Below are positions 1-11,480 of a stretch of DNA of 64,000 nt, piece after piece. Below the pieces are notes generated by a model. The model saw nothing but the letters and a program-made list of their open reading frames with translations. It did not search any database and had not been told where the DNA came from. This DNA is from Cladosporium halotolerans (lineage: Eukaryota): positions 744,001 through 808,000 of the forward strand of contig NW_027191456.1 of NCBI RefSeq assembly GCF_011745625.1, written 5' to 3'. Numbering within the stretch: the first letter of the stretch is position 1; every line of letters begins with the position of its first letter. The position numbers and the translations under genes were made by a program.

Positions 1-129
1 GCGTTTCAACCCTCGAGTACGTTGAGAGCGTGGCGGAGGCTCCGCGGAAGCGTGTAGTTCCGCGAGGATAGCTTGACCTCTGGCGGCGACTTCTGCAGGT
101 ACGACGGACTTCCTGGGTTGCTTCGACAT
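1..129 (-). CDS. 5' end of a possible gene running off the left edge (MSKQPRKSVVPAEVAARGQAILAELHASAEPPPRSQRTRGLKR...), unknown product
   Basis: ATG in ACAATG context at 129, open to the window edge, with a C/T-rich leader upstream on the minus strand. No recognisable motif. Confidence 0.3.
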   Translation of the reverse strand, partial: MSKQPRKSVVPAEVAARGQAILAELHASAEPPPRSQRTRGLKR

Positions 130-876
130 TGTGCTGTGAGCGTTGTTAGTGGCGCTCAAGCATGAGGCGTTGATTTGGACTTACCTTGGTTTGAGAAGGA
201 TAAAGGTTGGTGTGGTTCTCTGTGGCGAGCGGAGGTAAGAGTTGTGGTGGGAGAGAACGAGTGAACAAGATCTCCTGAGATAAGCAAGTGCGCATGGATC
301 GGGTGGTGCTGAGCGTCCCCACCTTTATGTGAACTGAAGTGAAAGCAAGCAACAACGTCATGTGAAGAGTTTACGACACACTATTCAGAATCTCACGTGA
401 TTATGCATCAAAGCGGGCTTCATGATTCACCTGAAGAGCAAATGGGCACTCTCACATTGCCACGGGTTCGTCACGACATGGCCACTGATGTCAGCCACTC
501 ATCCTCGTGGTACGAAAACGGTACGCCAAACTTGACTGATCGAGCATCGACTAGATTGAATAATCATCTCGCACCAAAAGTCGCTTGAAACCCTTCAATA
601 CAGTAGGAAAAGTGTACCCCGAAGCTTTCGCAATCGTGTCCGAGTGTACCGTTGTCAAGCAATTATGCGCTTCAGAGATGATTTGGTCACTTCCCACTAA
701 TTCCAGCAAACAGAATAGCAAGAAGAAGGATTTTATTTAATTCCCATAGAATGAGAGATCTGGTCGGGCTCATTAATGAGAAATTTTAGACCCCCAACCG
801 CGACGTCTGTTGGCTTGAGCGCTGCCGAACTTGGAGTTTGCTTTTGACGGAATCTCAGCCATACTTAAGGCGCTGC

Positions 877-3322
877 TCATCTGCCTGGTACAGTAAAGCT
901 TGTCGAAAGCATTGTCCTCGAAAGGCTGGGTGTGGCGTTTGCTGAGGCAGAAGTCAGACGAGACGATATGGGAGGTGAGGACGCCAACGCCAGCGCCATG
1001 CTCTGAGAAATGGTGTCCTCCGTGCCAATGCACACCGGGCGAGAGATGTTAGCAGGAAGATTGGCGTAAAGATTTGACTCGCAGTCTCCCTCAAGCCATG
1101 GATTCCAGCGGTTCAGATCATCGAGGGTGATGTCAGCGTCCTGGATTAAGTCGCCGCAACTGTAGTCTGTGGAATCTGACCTCAGCATGCTGCAGGTAAT
1201 ATATCTTATGCTCATACAGAGACCTACCGTGCTTCCCGCCAACATCGTACCATATGGCTGTAAAACAGATACAACGTTCATCCGTGCCTGGAACAATGTT
1301 CCTGTTATCTGTCGAATCACAAAGCGTGTCTGGCTGGGGAGCTGAGAACCGTTAGCATTCCCTATTGTCACTATGCGGCTCAGAAGCCCCTCTTGACCCA
1401 CCGTCTATATGGATCAGCTCCACACAGTAACGGAACCCTGGATCAGCCTGACAATCGGTCAAGTTGCGCGACAAGCTAGGGTTCCACTGTAGCAGCTGCT
1501 CGGTCGTGATCTGATAGTTGAATGCTATTTGTTCGCAGTCCCTTCCGCGAGCATCGTCAAAAGTTTCATATGTGTCACATTCTTGCTTCGTTCCAGGTGC
1601 TCTCGGTAGTGACGAAGCGGGAGCGGTGAATAGGAAACCTGGGTCATTTGTCTTTGTTGCTACAGTGGCGTTGAGAGTCGGGAAAGTCGCTGGAGGCACG
1701 GTAATTCTTGCACTTCCTCGAGACCTCGGATATCCGACGTAAGTAGCTATGTCTCCGATAGGCGCAACACAGTAAGCCAGACCGAGCACGAGGTTGGTGC
1801 AGTCTTTATCGACGGTGGGATTGAGGAAGAGAAAGTCGGACAAGGATATGCCGCGAGCCATAGTCACCTTGCTACAAGTGTCGCCCTCGACGATCTGGAG
1901 AGGAGTGGTGTCAGCAGAAGCATTAAGAGAGACCGCCGGTATAAGCGAACATACATTATACCACTTCCCGCAAGTCTTATTCGATTCGTCAGGTGCATTC
2001 GTGGGTCTTGACAAGACCGAGCTAGGCGTTGGAGAAGAGACAGAAGTAGTACTATCATTATCGATTGAGGGGCCCTGTGGTGCAGTCGCTGGGGGTCTAG
2101 TAATTAGTGTCAGCTTTAAATCTGCTGCAAATGTTTGAGCGGTACACGCGCACCCTATGCAGAAGTTGTAGCCAATGAAGTTGACAGCATTCTGACAAAG
2201 CGAGTTCAGATTTGGGTTCCACGAAATGAATCGAGGTATGGATACACCGTCCAGGGTGGATACAATGCTCGCACAGGTATCTGTCGGTCGCCAGGCGTGG
2301 ATCTCGCATTTAGGAGGCGGACACAGTCTGGAGCCTACCGTAGATGCGAAGTTCTGGCAGTAGATGTCGAGGTTGTTGTGATATAGCAAGTTGTACGTCG
2401 AAACGTTCATGGCCGAGGATAATGAGATGCAATTGTCACTTTCCAAGACTTCGTAAGAGCCCGAGCAGTTCTATGTGTTGCAGTCAGCAAATGAGTTGAG
2501 TCATATGCTGTCAACTCTTTCCTACATACCTTGTTAGGGATATCAATGGGGCCAGGGCCAGTCGTGTTCGTAGGCGTTAGCTCGTATGGGGCCGGTTTTG
2601 ACCAAGCGTAAGTTGAGGAGTTGCATGTTTCCTCGAGAGAAGTGAAAGCATCCGCCAGACTATCGTCATACCCAAAGGGACTGTTAAGACGCATCGATAA
2701 GCTTCCCAGATAGCAATCCGAGCATCTTTGCGTCGTATTCAACCTCAACTCGGACCATGCAAGTAGCTGTGGATCGCAGTAGTCCCCCGTGAAGCTGTTT
2801 TTAGAAATGTTAGCTTATCAACAGACAGTGATGTAACCGAAGGCCTCAAACCTGTCTTTTCGGCATGATACGTTGTATGTGTGAAGATAGGTGTCCACAA
2901 AAAATGTAGCTATCGAACATGTCAGAATGACCAAGTAGCGTAGGTTTCGAAACCCTCAACTCACCAGGGTAGCTCAAACCATTCAGAGTCACCGTGTCAG
3001 TCTTTTGCTGACAAGCGTTCTCGATAGTGGACTTTGCTTGCTGGAGTGATTTCATACAATCTCCCACACATACGGCGTTGATACTCTCTTCGTCGAGGAA
3101 GTTGCCACTATGCTCGATTAGCTGTGAGTTGAATTTCGTCACGTTGAGGCAAGGTTACCGCTGGCTCAAAGAGTAGAGCTTGTAATGACAAGAGACACTA
3201 GCGTTAAGCGCTGCGCGGCAAGACGTGCTGATGTTGGGATAGTTGAAGGATAAGGAGGCTCCTTGGAGCTGCTGGGATTGCGCGAATGATGCGCAGGCTA
3301 CAAGCCAAGCTAGTACTTGCAT
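877..3322 (-). CDS. Secreted multi-LysM (CBM50) protein, about five fungal-type LysM domains, multi-exon
   Basis: Signal peptide MQVLAWLVACASFAQS from ATG 3322. Splicing at GT-AG sites joins ORF fragments 2846-3142, 2407-2748, 1352-2446 and 877-1401. LysM signatures: ESDNCISLS..NNL, TDTCASIV..FISWNPNL, EGDTCSKV..FLFLNPTV, DCEQIA..LLQWNPSL, SCGDLI..LNRWNPWL. Confidence 0.9.
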
Positions 3323-3700
3323 GATGATAATTCTGGCCGGAGGGATATCTTGTGCGTGTGGTGGTGACGACCCTTTCTGCGCAGGTAAACGTATTTAAAG
3401 CGTTGGTCTGTACTTGGTGACTGGTCAGAGGCTGGAAAACACGCCATTCAATGATAGAAACATCACCGTTGTTGTGGCACGACTCCCGATATTCACTGAG
3501 GAAAAGGGGCAAACATTCCCTGATCACTCGGCAAATACAACCCAGTTAATGATGGTTTCTGTTGCTTCTTTATTGCTATAAGAACTGCAATACCTGTGAT
3601 TCCACCCTTAAAAGCAACCATAAATCCATCTATACCCGATCTCCTCTTAACACATCCATACCGGCACCACTTATACCTCAAACCATCAAAGGCAGCAGGC
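3323..3700. promoter_or_regulatory. Short divergent promoter shared by the LysM and chitinase genes
   Basis: About 380 bp between two divergent ATGs, with a TATTTAAA element at ~3392. Confidence 0.55.
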
Positions 3701-6700
3701 ATGCCGCCACGGCAGCTTTTCCTCATGGCGAAGTGGCTCACTGGAATCGTGTTGTTCACTGCAGTTGTGATCCTCCTCCACGGAACATCGCGTCCTATCA
3801 CGAGCATCAACGCCAAGGGTTCCCAGAATCAACAGCTCTCAGTTCAGACCAACAAGTATCAACCTGAATCTTTCAATGAACTACTGTTCCCAAGAGACGA
3901 TTCGACTTGCGGCCCTAAGAAGCCATGCAGTAACCACGCATGCTGTGGGCCCGAAGGCTTTTGCGGATTTGGCCCCAGTTACTGTGGTAAAGGGTGTACT
4001 TCAAATTGTGATGCTCACGCAGAGTGTGGCGAGTTTGCTCAACAGCCGAACGATACTTGTCCTTTGAACATCTGGTGGGTACATCGAGTCCGAAACGGAG
4101 TGGTAGGTTGTCGGTTTACCAACACTAACGCTTTGGTAGCTGTAGCGAGTTCGGGTTCTGTGGAACCAGCGAAGACTTTTGTACTGGCAAGTGTCAGTCA
4201 AATTGCGTACTTGCACCAAAGCCTCCTCAAGAATTCTCACGCCTTTCCATCCTCGAAAACAGAGTCATCGGTTACTACGAGTCGTGGAGTGCCCGCAAGG
4301 AATGCCACAAAGTTGCGCCAACGAACTTACCTCTTGATGCCTTGACACACGTCAACTTCGCCTTCGCCTATATCGATCCAACGTCGTACGAAATCGTGAC
4401 GATGGATTCATCAACTCCCTCAAGCTTGTTCCAGGACACCGTGGACATCAAGATTATCAAGCCCGACATCGAAGTCTGGTTGAGCATTGGCGGATGGACA
4501 TTCTCTGACAATGATACCATCACCCAACCAATATTCGGCAACATTGCCTCGACTGCCTCTAGAAGAAAGCGTTTCGCAGAGAATCTAGTCGCGTTTCTAA
4601 GAGACCACGGCTTTGACGGAGTCGACATTGATTGGGAATACCCTGGCGCTCCGGACCGCGGAGGGAGGCCTGAGGACACTGACAACTTTGTCAAGCTAAT
4701 CCAGGCCATACGGAAAGCTTTCGATAAGAGTGGCAGTCGTTTAGGACTGACGTTCACTGCGCCCTCTTCGTACTGGTACCTTCGCTGGTTCGATCTTGCC
4801 AGCCTTGTGGCGCATGTAGATTGGATCAACCTGATGACCTATGACCTCCACGGCATATGGGACTCTGACAACTCGATTGGTAGTCAAGTGCAAGCCCACA
4901 CAAACCTGACCGAGATCAAGTCAGCAGTCGAATTGTTCTGGCGCGCGAAAATTCCACCAAGCAAGCTCGTGTTGGGGTTCGGGTTTTATGGGAGATCGTT
5001 TACCTTGTCAAACCCATCGTGCACGGAGCCGGGCTGTCCTTTTAGCGGTGCCTTAGATCCTGGACCATGTACGGATGAAGGAGGCATACTTGGATTCTAC
5101 GAGATTGAAGAGATTCTCAAACAAGCGAAAGGCCAAGGGAAAAGCGGCGGCATCGACATCATCCACGATAAAGCCAGCGCTGTTAAATATTTCGTGTTCG
5201 ATCATGATCAGTGGGTTTCGTACGATGACAAGGATACTTTCAAGCAGAAAGTCGAATGGGCAAACGACATTGGATTTGGCGGTGCCATGATCTGGGCTTC
5301 CGACTTGGACGATGATACTTACACTGCTCACTCAGCACTCTTAGGGCGCGATGTCCGGCCAACTCCTGAACTTCCGCTCCAAGAAGAGATCGTGGTGGCT
5401 CCTCAAGCTGTCATTACACAACTTTCGAGCTTTAACGGCCAGAACTGCTTTGCGTATCAGGATGATTGTGTGGATCTGGACGACAACAGTGCCGTACAGG
5501 CCGCCTGCGGAGATGGGTATACACCAATTGGGTGGGACGATGCTAAATGCGGTAAAAAGAATTGCCATTGCGGCAAGCCGATCTGCTGTCCGATAAACGA
5601 GGCTCCCAAAGGTTGTATTTGGCGAGGGCAAAAGACTGGAAAAGGCACAGGGACCGACTGTAACGCTCAATGCGATAAAGGAGAAATCAATGTCCAGGCT
5701 ATCCTTTCCTCTTGGGGAGGCGGATATCTGAATGATGGCGACACCAACAAGTGCGGACGGGGTGCTAAAGCTTTCTGTTGCCCGGTTCCGTCCGTGAACC
5801 TTACGCTGGGCGGATGTCAATGGAGTGCCTGCAGGGCGGACTGCCCTGACGGAAAGCATTCTGTACTCGAAAAGTTGGACGACTGCAACATTGGCCAGCA
5901 AAAGTTCTGTTGCAACAGCCCAGTCCCTGGATATCCTCCCGTGCTTTCTGATTGTTACTGGAACAATGGGGAAGGAGGCCTGGATTGTGCAAATGCAGTC
6001 TGCAATCCAAAAGAGCTCGAAGTTGACAGAGCAGTGTTCGGCGGCTCGAAGAACGGCGGCTGCAGTTGGGGTCGTCAGAAAGCGGCATGCTGTATCCTCA
6101 ACCGTGCTCCACCACCGCCGCTCTTCTGCCATCGCGAGAGACGCCCCGCATTTCCTGCAGAGATCGAGGTTTTCGAGAGACCAAACAATGTACGCCTTGA
6201 TACCAACATCATGTTGTCGAACGGGAGGCTCTTGACCATCATCACGGCCAACTACCCCGCAATCAGAGATCTTTTCACCGCTCCCAATTCTTCTCAGGTA
6301 TCTCGACAGCTCTTCCGGCTGATCTCAGCCTATTGCACCGGCTCAGGACTCTTGGTACAACAATTGCCTTCAATTTTCACTAATCTGGTGGGCCTACACA
6401 CCGAGCATCCACTCGATAAGCAGATCGGAGAGCTATTTGTGGAAGCCATGGCTTCAGGCCGCCTCAGGAATAAGCTTTCTCTCTTGGGGCCGATATCACA
6501 TATTCTTTTCGAACGCTGGCATGAGGTCATTCCGGCCCTTGGAACCAAGCCCGCCATCGGTGGGTCCAATGGACCGCGTCCCGGTACTATTAACGACAGG
6601 TTCTTTTTTGCCTTCGGCGGAGACGGCTACTTGCGCCCCTTCCTCGCGACTGATGCTATACTCAACGGAGCCAAGGGCAAGTTGATGGAACTGGCATCGC

Positions 6701-7152
6701 CGAGGGCTATCAAAAAGATCACACAACTCGCGCGAGCGGCTGTTGCATCGGACACTACGGCAGCAGCCGAAGAACTGCTAGGTGAGATAAAAATCGGACC
6801 CACCCTCTTTGAGTATTTCAACAACGATCACTTTGCGGAGCGCTTGAATATGGTGCTGGAAGAAGTGTATACTCAACTCGAACACGTTGAGGAAGTCTTG
6901 GGCATATCAAACATCAGTCAATGGTGGTTCAATTTCATCGAAGACTATCTTGCACAGATCGAGGAACACGCTCAATGGTGGTTTGGCGAAGCCATCGCGG
7001 CGGCGATCTTACCGTACCAGGAAGCAGCAGACAGAGGTCGTAACCTTGCAACACGTCAACAAGTCGAGGCCGTGTTACAAGCCTGGGATCAACTCCCAAA
7101 GCTAACTTTCCCACCACGAAACTGGTGGACTGCCGACAAACGTCGGGTATGA
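3701..7152 (+). CDS. Subgroup C (killer-toxin-like) GH18 chitinase: N-terminal hydrophobic segment, two CBM18/hevein domains, GH18, Cys-rich repeats and an unknown C-terminal domain
   Basis: Hevein motifs CSNHACCGPEGFCGFGPSYC and CPLNICCSEFGFCG, the second restored by intron 4075-4139 (GTGGGT..CTAAC..TAG). GH18 motifs LTHVNFAFA, LSIGGW, intact catalytic FDGVDIDWEYP, MTYDLHG and GAMIWASD. The start could alternatively be ATG 3725. Confidence 0.93.
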
Positions 7153-7633
7153 TCTTCTAGAACGACTGCACGCCAGAGCACCGGGCAACCGGCCAGCCAC
7201 CAAAGTCTTCAGGTTCAGGCTGCCAGCAAAGAGCTCCCTCAAAAGTCCAGTTGAGATGTCAGTGCGCCAGACACGGCTTCATTAATGCATGAGAGCATTA
7301 CAGGCGTTTGTCTTCTGTTTTTCTTGCCCAGTTCTTAGTATAATGTCTGATAGCCAATCCATCTAATCGACTCTGAAACATTTGGCCAGCTCTTCGCGCT
7401 GCCTCTTGGGATCGACGGTTGGCACGTCCCTCTCTCGGGCCTTAGGGTATTGTCCTTCGTTAAAACAATTTCATTCATTTTCGCATTTGGTATCATCACT
7501 TCTATAACAAAGAAAACCCCATCATCATCATCATCACCACCCCAATTTCTTTTCCCATCCCCTCCTCGTCTCCAAGGGCAGCGAAACTCCGTCCAACCCA
7601 CCCCGCCACCTCTTTCCTTTCAACACCCCCCGC

Positions 7634-10231
7634 TCACTCCTTCGTACAAATCCAAGTACTAGCATACATATTGACCCGATCCGTACACTCGCCGACCCTC
7701 TCCCTGCTCGCGACCCTCTTCGCCGCGAAACCGCCCTGCTCAAAAACGCCCACGTACCAGGGCCTCAGCCCCGCGCTCCGGAGCAGCACGCGGCCACCCT
7801 TCTTCAGCGCGCGCCGCACGGCGGCGACTTGCGCGGGGGCGTCGGGCGCGCCGGGCGTGAACCAGTCCATGCTGTCCATGAGGACGGCGATGGTGAGGCT
7901 GTCGGGCTGCATGCGGGCGAAGACGTCGGCGAGGGAGTCGGTGTGGATGCGGAGGTTGGAGAGCGGGGAGGAGGGCGAGGTGGGGTGCGCGGAGAGGCGG
8001 GCGTGCGAGTGCGGGGTGAGGTAGGTTGGGTGGCAGGCGGGGGTGTAGTGGCCTGGGAAGGCAGGGTCAGTATGGGGGATGTGGGATTTTTCTTTTTCGG
8101 TTTTCCTTTTGGGGAAGGGGAAGGGGATGCACGTACCGAGAAGGCAGACGAGGTAGTAGTGGTTGTCCTCGCTGACGAGCGTCTGGTCCACGACGGGGTC
8201 GAGGGTCTGCACGCCGTAGTTCCAGATCGCCTGGCCGGACTTGGTGGCGCTGACGGGCCCCGCGGAGCCGTCGCCCGAGGGCTTCTGTGCGGCGGCCTTG
8301 ACGTCGCCGCTGTCGCCCATGCGCTTGAAGTCCTCCTCGATCATGGCGCGCTGCTCGCTGGGGACGCCGAGGGCCTTCCAAAGGAAGCGCTCGGAGCCGA
8401 TGACGAAGTAGGCGAGGAGGCGGGAGAGGAGGACGCGGCGGACGCGCTTGGTCCAGATCTCGCGCTGCTCGGCGAGGGTCTGCGCGGAGGCGAGCTGCAG
8501 CATGTCTTTGCGGATGCCGAGGAGTTTGCCGAGCCATTGGACGAGCTGGAGGGCGTGGCGGGAGCCGCCGGTGGAGTAGAGGCCTTTGCCCTTGGGGGAG
8601 AAGGTGGCGGGGCCGGCGTGGAGCCAGTAGTCGAAGGCCTGGCTGGAGAGGTGGGGGGAGAGGCGCTGGACGAGGAGTTCCTGGAACTTTTCGTGTTTGC
8701 CCTCGCCGAAGATCTTCCACATGTCTTGGTATTCGAGGCCGCGGTAGGCTGCGACCTTGAGTTCGAGGAGGTGGTTCTGCGCGGGGTTGAGGTCGACGGC
8801 GTGGATGCGCTTGGGGCGTTCGAGGGCGTAGGACAGGATGTTGTCGCCTGCGCTGGTGATGGCAAGAATAACGTCGTCGGATGTGATCTTGAGCAGGCGA
8901 GAGTCGACTCGAGAATCTTCCCAGGTGAAGGCGTAGATGTACTCGTCGTTGAATTGGCGGTGCTTTTGTAGGCTCTCATCATAGTAGATGCGGGTCTTGT
9001 TGTTCTGGTAGTAGGCTGCCGGGAGAGGGAGAGAAGCAGCCAGGTTGACGACGGCGGACTCGTAGGCTTTGCTGTGGCGCTCTGACAGAGCAGAATCGCG
9101 GCGCGGCTGGGGCTTGTTAAGAGACTTGGAGTGGACGTCCAGAGCGGAAATGAACGGGCTCTCCGTCACATCAGCGTCGAGTGCGGCAAGCTGCTGCATG
9201 CTGGAGCTAGTCTCGCGAGCACAGCCGACGAAAATGTAGTAGGGAATGCGGAAGCCGAACAGACGGCACCTGCGGTTGGTGCTAAGAATGGTGCCAAACT
9301 TGTACTCGATGTAGTCGCGTCTTGCCGAGTCCAAGTTGACACGGTCGAGCTCGAACCAGGTCCTCCAGAAAACGCGGGAAATCCACATGCAATGCCTGTC
9401 GATCGCTCCGCCCATGTAGTTGCGGCTCTGGAACTCGATCTGGTTCTGGACGTAGAAATCGACGACGCCGACAATGCCGCTGGTCGCGAGGAGGTTGCAC
9501 GCGCTGTCAATCGCCGGGTGGAACTCGGGGATCATGCTCAGGCTGTAGGACATGGTGAGGACGTCGGCTCCGACGGAATCACGTGCACTGTCTTCGTAGG
9601 CGGACTTTCCAATGCTGAACTGTGCCTTGTCGTCGTCGACGCCGACCTCGTAGTCGGAAAGTCTGAAACGGCGGGCGTCCTGGCAGACGACGTGGACGTT
9701 CTTCCAACCCAGGCGCTGGAAGCGCTGGCGCGCGACCTCACAAAGCGAAGTGCTCAGGTCGACGAGGTAGACGGCGTGGAAGAAGTCGGGCACGTCGAGG
9801 TAGTGCTGCATCTGCTCGATGTTCCAGCCGGTGCCGCCGCCGATGTCCACCCAGATGGGCTTGGGCGACATCTGGCCCGTCTTCAGCCTGTGCTTGGCCT
9901 GCGCGGCGACGAGCGCGAGCATGTCCTCGCGGCCCTGCAGCAGCCTCGTCCTGGTGGCATCGTAGATGGAGGCCTGGGCCTTGTAGAAGCTCTCGAGGGC
10001 GTCCTGCTGGCTGCCGCTGCCGTCGCCGGAGTGCGGCTTGAGGAAGCAGTTGTAGGCGAATTTGGAGTACTGGGTCCAGGCGTTGTAGGACTTGCGGAGC
10101 AGGCTGACTTCGGTGAAGGAGAAGATCACGTAGGAGGCGATGATGAGCACGAGGATGACGGAGGCGAGGCTGACCTGCGCCAGAGGCTCGGTGAGGGCGT
10201 GGTAGAAGGCGCCCAGGTCGAGGGTGGCCAT
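7634..10231 (-). CDS. BTA1: Betaine lipid (DGTS) synthase, fused BtaB-like methyltransferase plus BtaA-like 3-amino-3-carboxypropyl transferase
   Basis: N-terminal TM segment. Motifs QQDALESFYKAQA..YDATR, WVDIGGGTG (SAM binding), YIYAFTWED, ITSAGDN, AVDLNPAQNHLLELK, MDSMDWF and C-terminal DRVNMYAS. One intron at 8053-8136. Confidence 0.9.
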   Translation of the reverse strand: MATLDLGAFYHALTEPLAQVSLASVILVLIIASYVIFSFTEVSLLRKSYNAWTQYSKFAYNCFLKPHSGDGSGSQQDALESFYKAQASIYDATRTRLLQGREDMLALVAAQAKHRLKTGQMSPKPIWVDIGGGTGWNIEQMQHYLDVPDFFHAVYLVDLSTSLCEVARQRFQRLGWKNVHVVCQDARRFRLSDYEVGVDDDKAQFSIGKSAYEDSARDSVGADVLTMSYSLSMIPEFHPAIDSACNLLATSGIVGVVDFYVQNQIEFQSRNYMGGAIDRHCMWISRVFWRTWFELDRVNLDSARRDYIEYKFGTILSTNRRCRLFGFRIPYYIFVGCARETSSSMQQLAALDADVTESPFISALDVHSKSLNKPQPRRDSALSERHSKAYESAVVNLAASLPLPAAYYQNNKTRIYYDESLQKHRQFNDEYIYAFTWEDSRVDSRLLKITSDDVILAITSAGDNILSYALERPKRIHAVDLNPAQNHLLELKVAAYRGLEYQDMWKIFGEGKHEKFQELLVQRLSPHLSSQAFDYWLHAGPATFSPKGKGLYSTGGSRHALQLVQWLGKLLGIRKDMLQLASAQTLAEQREIWTKRVRRVLLSRLLAYFVIGSERFLWKALGVPSEQRAMIEEDFKRMGDSGDVKAAAQKPSGDGSAGPVSATKSGQAIWNYGVQTLDPVVDQTLVSEDNHYYLVCLLGTCIPFPFPKRKTEKEKSHIPHTDPAFPGHYTPACHPTYLTPHSHARLSAHPTSPSSPLSNLRIHTDSLADVFARMQPDSLTIAVLMDSMDWFTPGAPDAPAQVAAVRRALKKGGRVLLRSAGLRPWYVGVFEQGGFAAKRVASRERVGECTDRVNMYASTWICTKE

Positions 10232-11480
10232 GTTTAGAGGGGTAGCTGCCCAGCTCAGGTGCTGGATGAAGGGGAGAGGTCGAGAGGCGTGAGCGGGACG
10301 GGATGGGATGTAGGAGGCGGAGGAGCACAAGGAGGGAAGGAAGCAAGGGAGGAAAAGGCAACAGACCTCGAGCAGGCAGGAGGCCAGACACTTTATCGGC
10401 TGGCACGAAGGCCAGCTACGCCTCGACAGCACTCTCAACAAAACGCCGAACGGCTCGCCAGAGACGTCGTCTGGTGCCGATCGCGCAGCACGCGCGCCGC
10501 CAGCACGCATGACATCGCCGCCCGGGGCGCGCGACTCGACCCCACGGCGACGATGGGCTGAACCCCGCCAGGCGCAGAGGGCGAGGGATGCGGTATGCGG
10601 TATGGCAGGCAGAGGCATCGGCGGCCTATCAGCACGCCCACATGCCGCCGCACGCCGTCGCTGCCTCGACCCTGGGCGTGCCTGAGCCCGCACCGCGCGA
10701 GCCATCCCGCCGAGCGGACGCTCCCGACGAGGCCTGAGGGTGCTAAGGGCGCTGCGAACGCGCGGGCCAGACACGGACGAGACAGCTTGCCGTAGCGCGT
10801 GGGCCTCTCACGAGCGCGCAGGGCGGCCACGAGCAGCAGCCATAGGGGGATGGAGGGGCAGAGGGCAGAGGGCGCTGGGGGATGTGGGAGGGCTGCGTGT
10901 GGAGTGCTGCACGCAAGCCGACGGGCCCGCGCTAGCCCCGCGAGCCAATCGCCGCGGGGCATGAGCGGGCGTGCTGGACCTCACTTGCTGTCGCGCGCTC
11001 TGCCAGGAGGGCGCTCATGGGCGGTGTTTTGCCGGCGAGCCAGCAGAGTTTTGGCTCGTCGTATCGGTGGAATTGCATCTGGGTTATTCTCGGGTGCAGC
11101 AGGGTCGAAAGAGGTGAAGAGTTCCAATGCTGGGTCAGGGTCGTGGACGAGCGGCTCTTCGTCTTGAGACCCTGCACCTGGGCCGGGCTGCGCTGCTCCG
11201 GAGGTACCTGAGCAGCTATTTCCCCTCTGCCCCTTTGCTTTCTGCAATGCAAGACGCAGGAACAGGAACAGTACACACATCCGCCACTACAGCCTATCCC
11301 TGCACTCTCGATTGACAATTGTAACAACATGATGTAAGTTATCAAGCTTTTTCAGCAATTATCGTATGAATATCAGATTAGACCCGCTCATGCCCGCCAT
11401 GCTGAAGTTGCTCATTATACATAACCGCCCCACCTCCTCCGCATGCCTCAGGAGATCTCCGGAATGACGAGGCGCATCGC

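Noticed and set aside
7829..10237. Long antisense ORFs (7829-8971, 9131-10237, and similarly 14941-15978, 42207-43193, 43385-44281)
   Set aside because: Shadow ORFs caused by high GC3 codon bias on the opposite strand; no motifs.
10232..10774. 181-codon in-frame N-terminal extension of BTA1 in the ORF track
   Set aside because: Low-complexity Arg/Ala-rich translation of GC-rich promoter and UTR sequence. The AACATGG start at 10231 directly precedes the TM segment.
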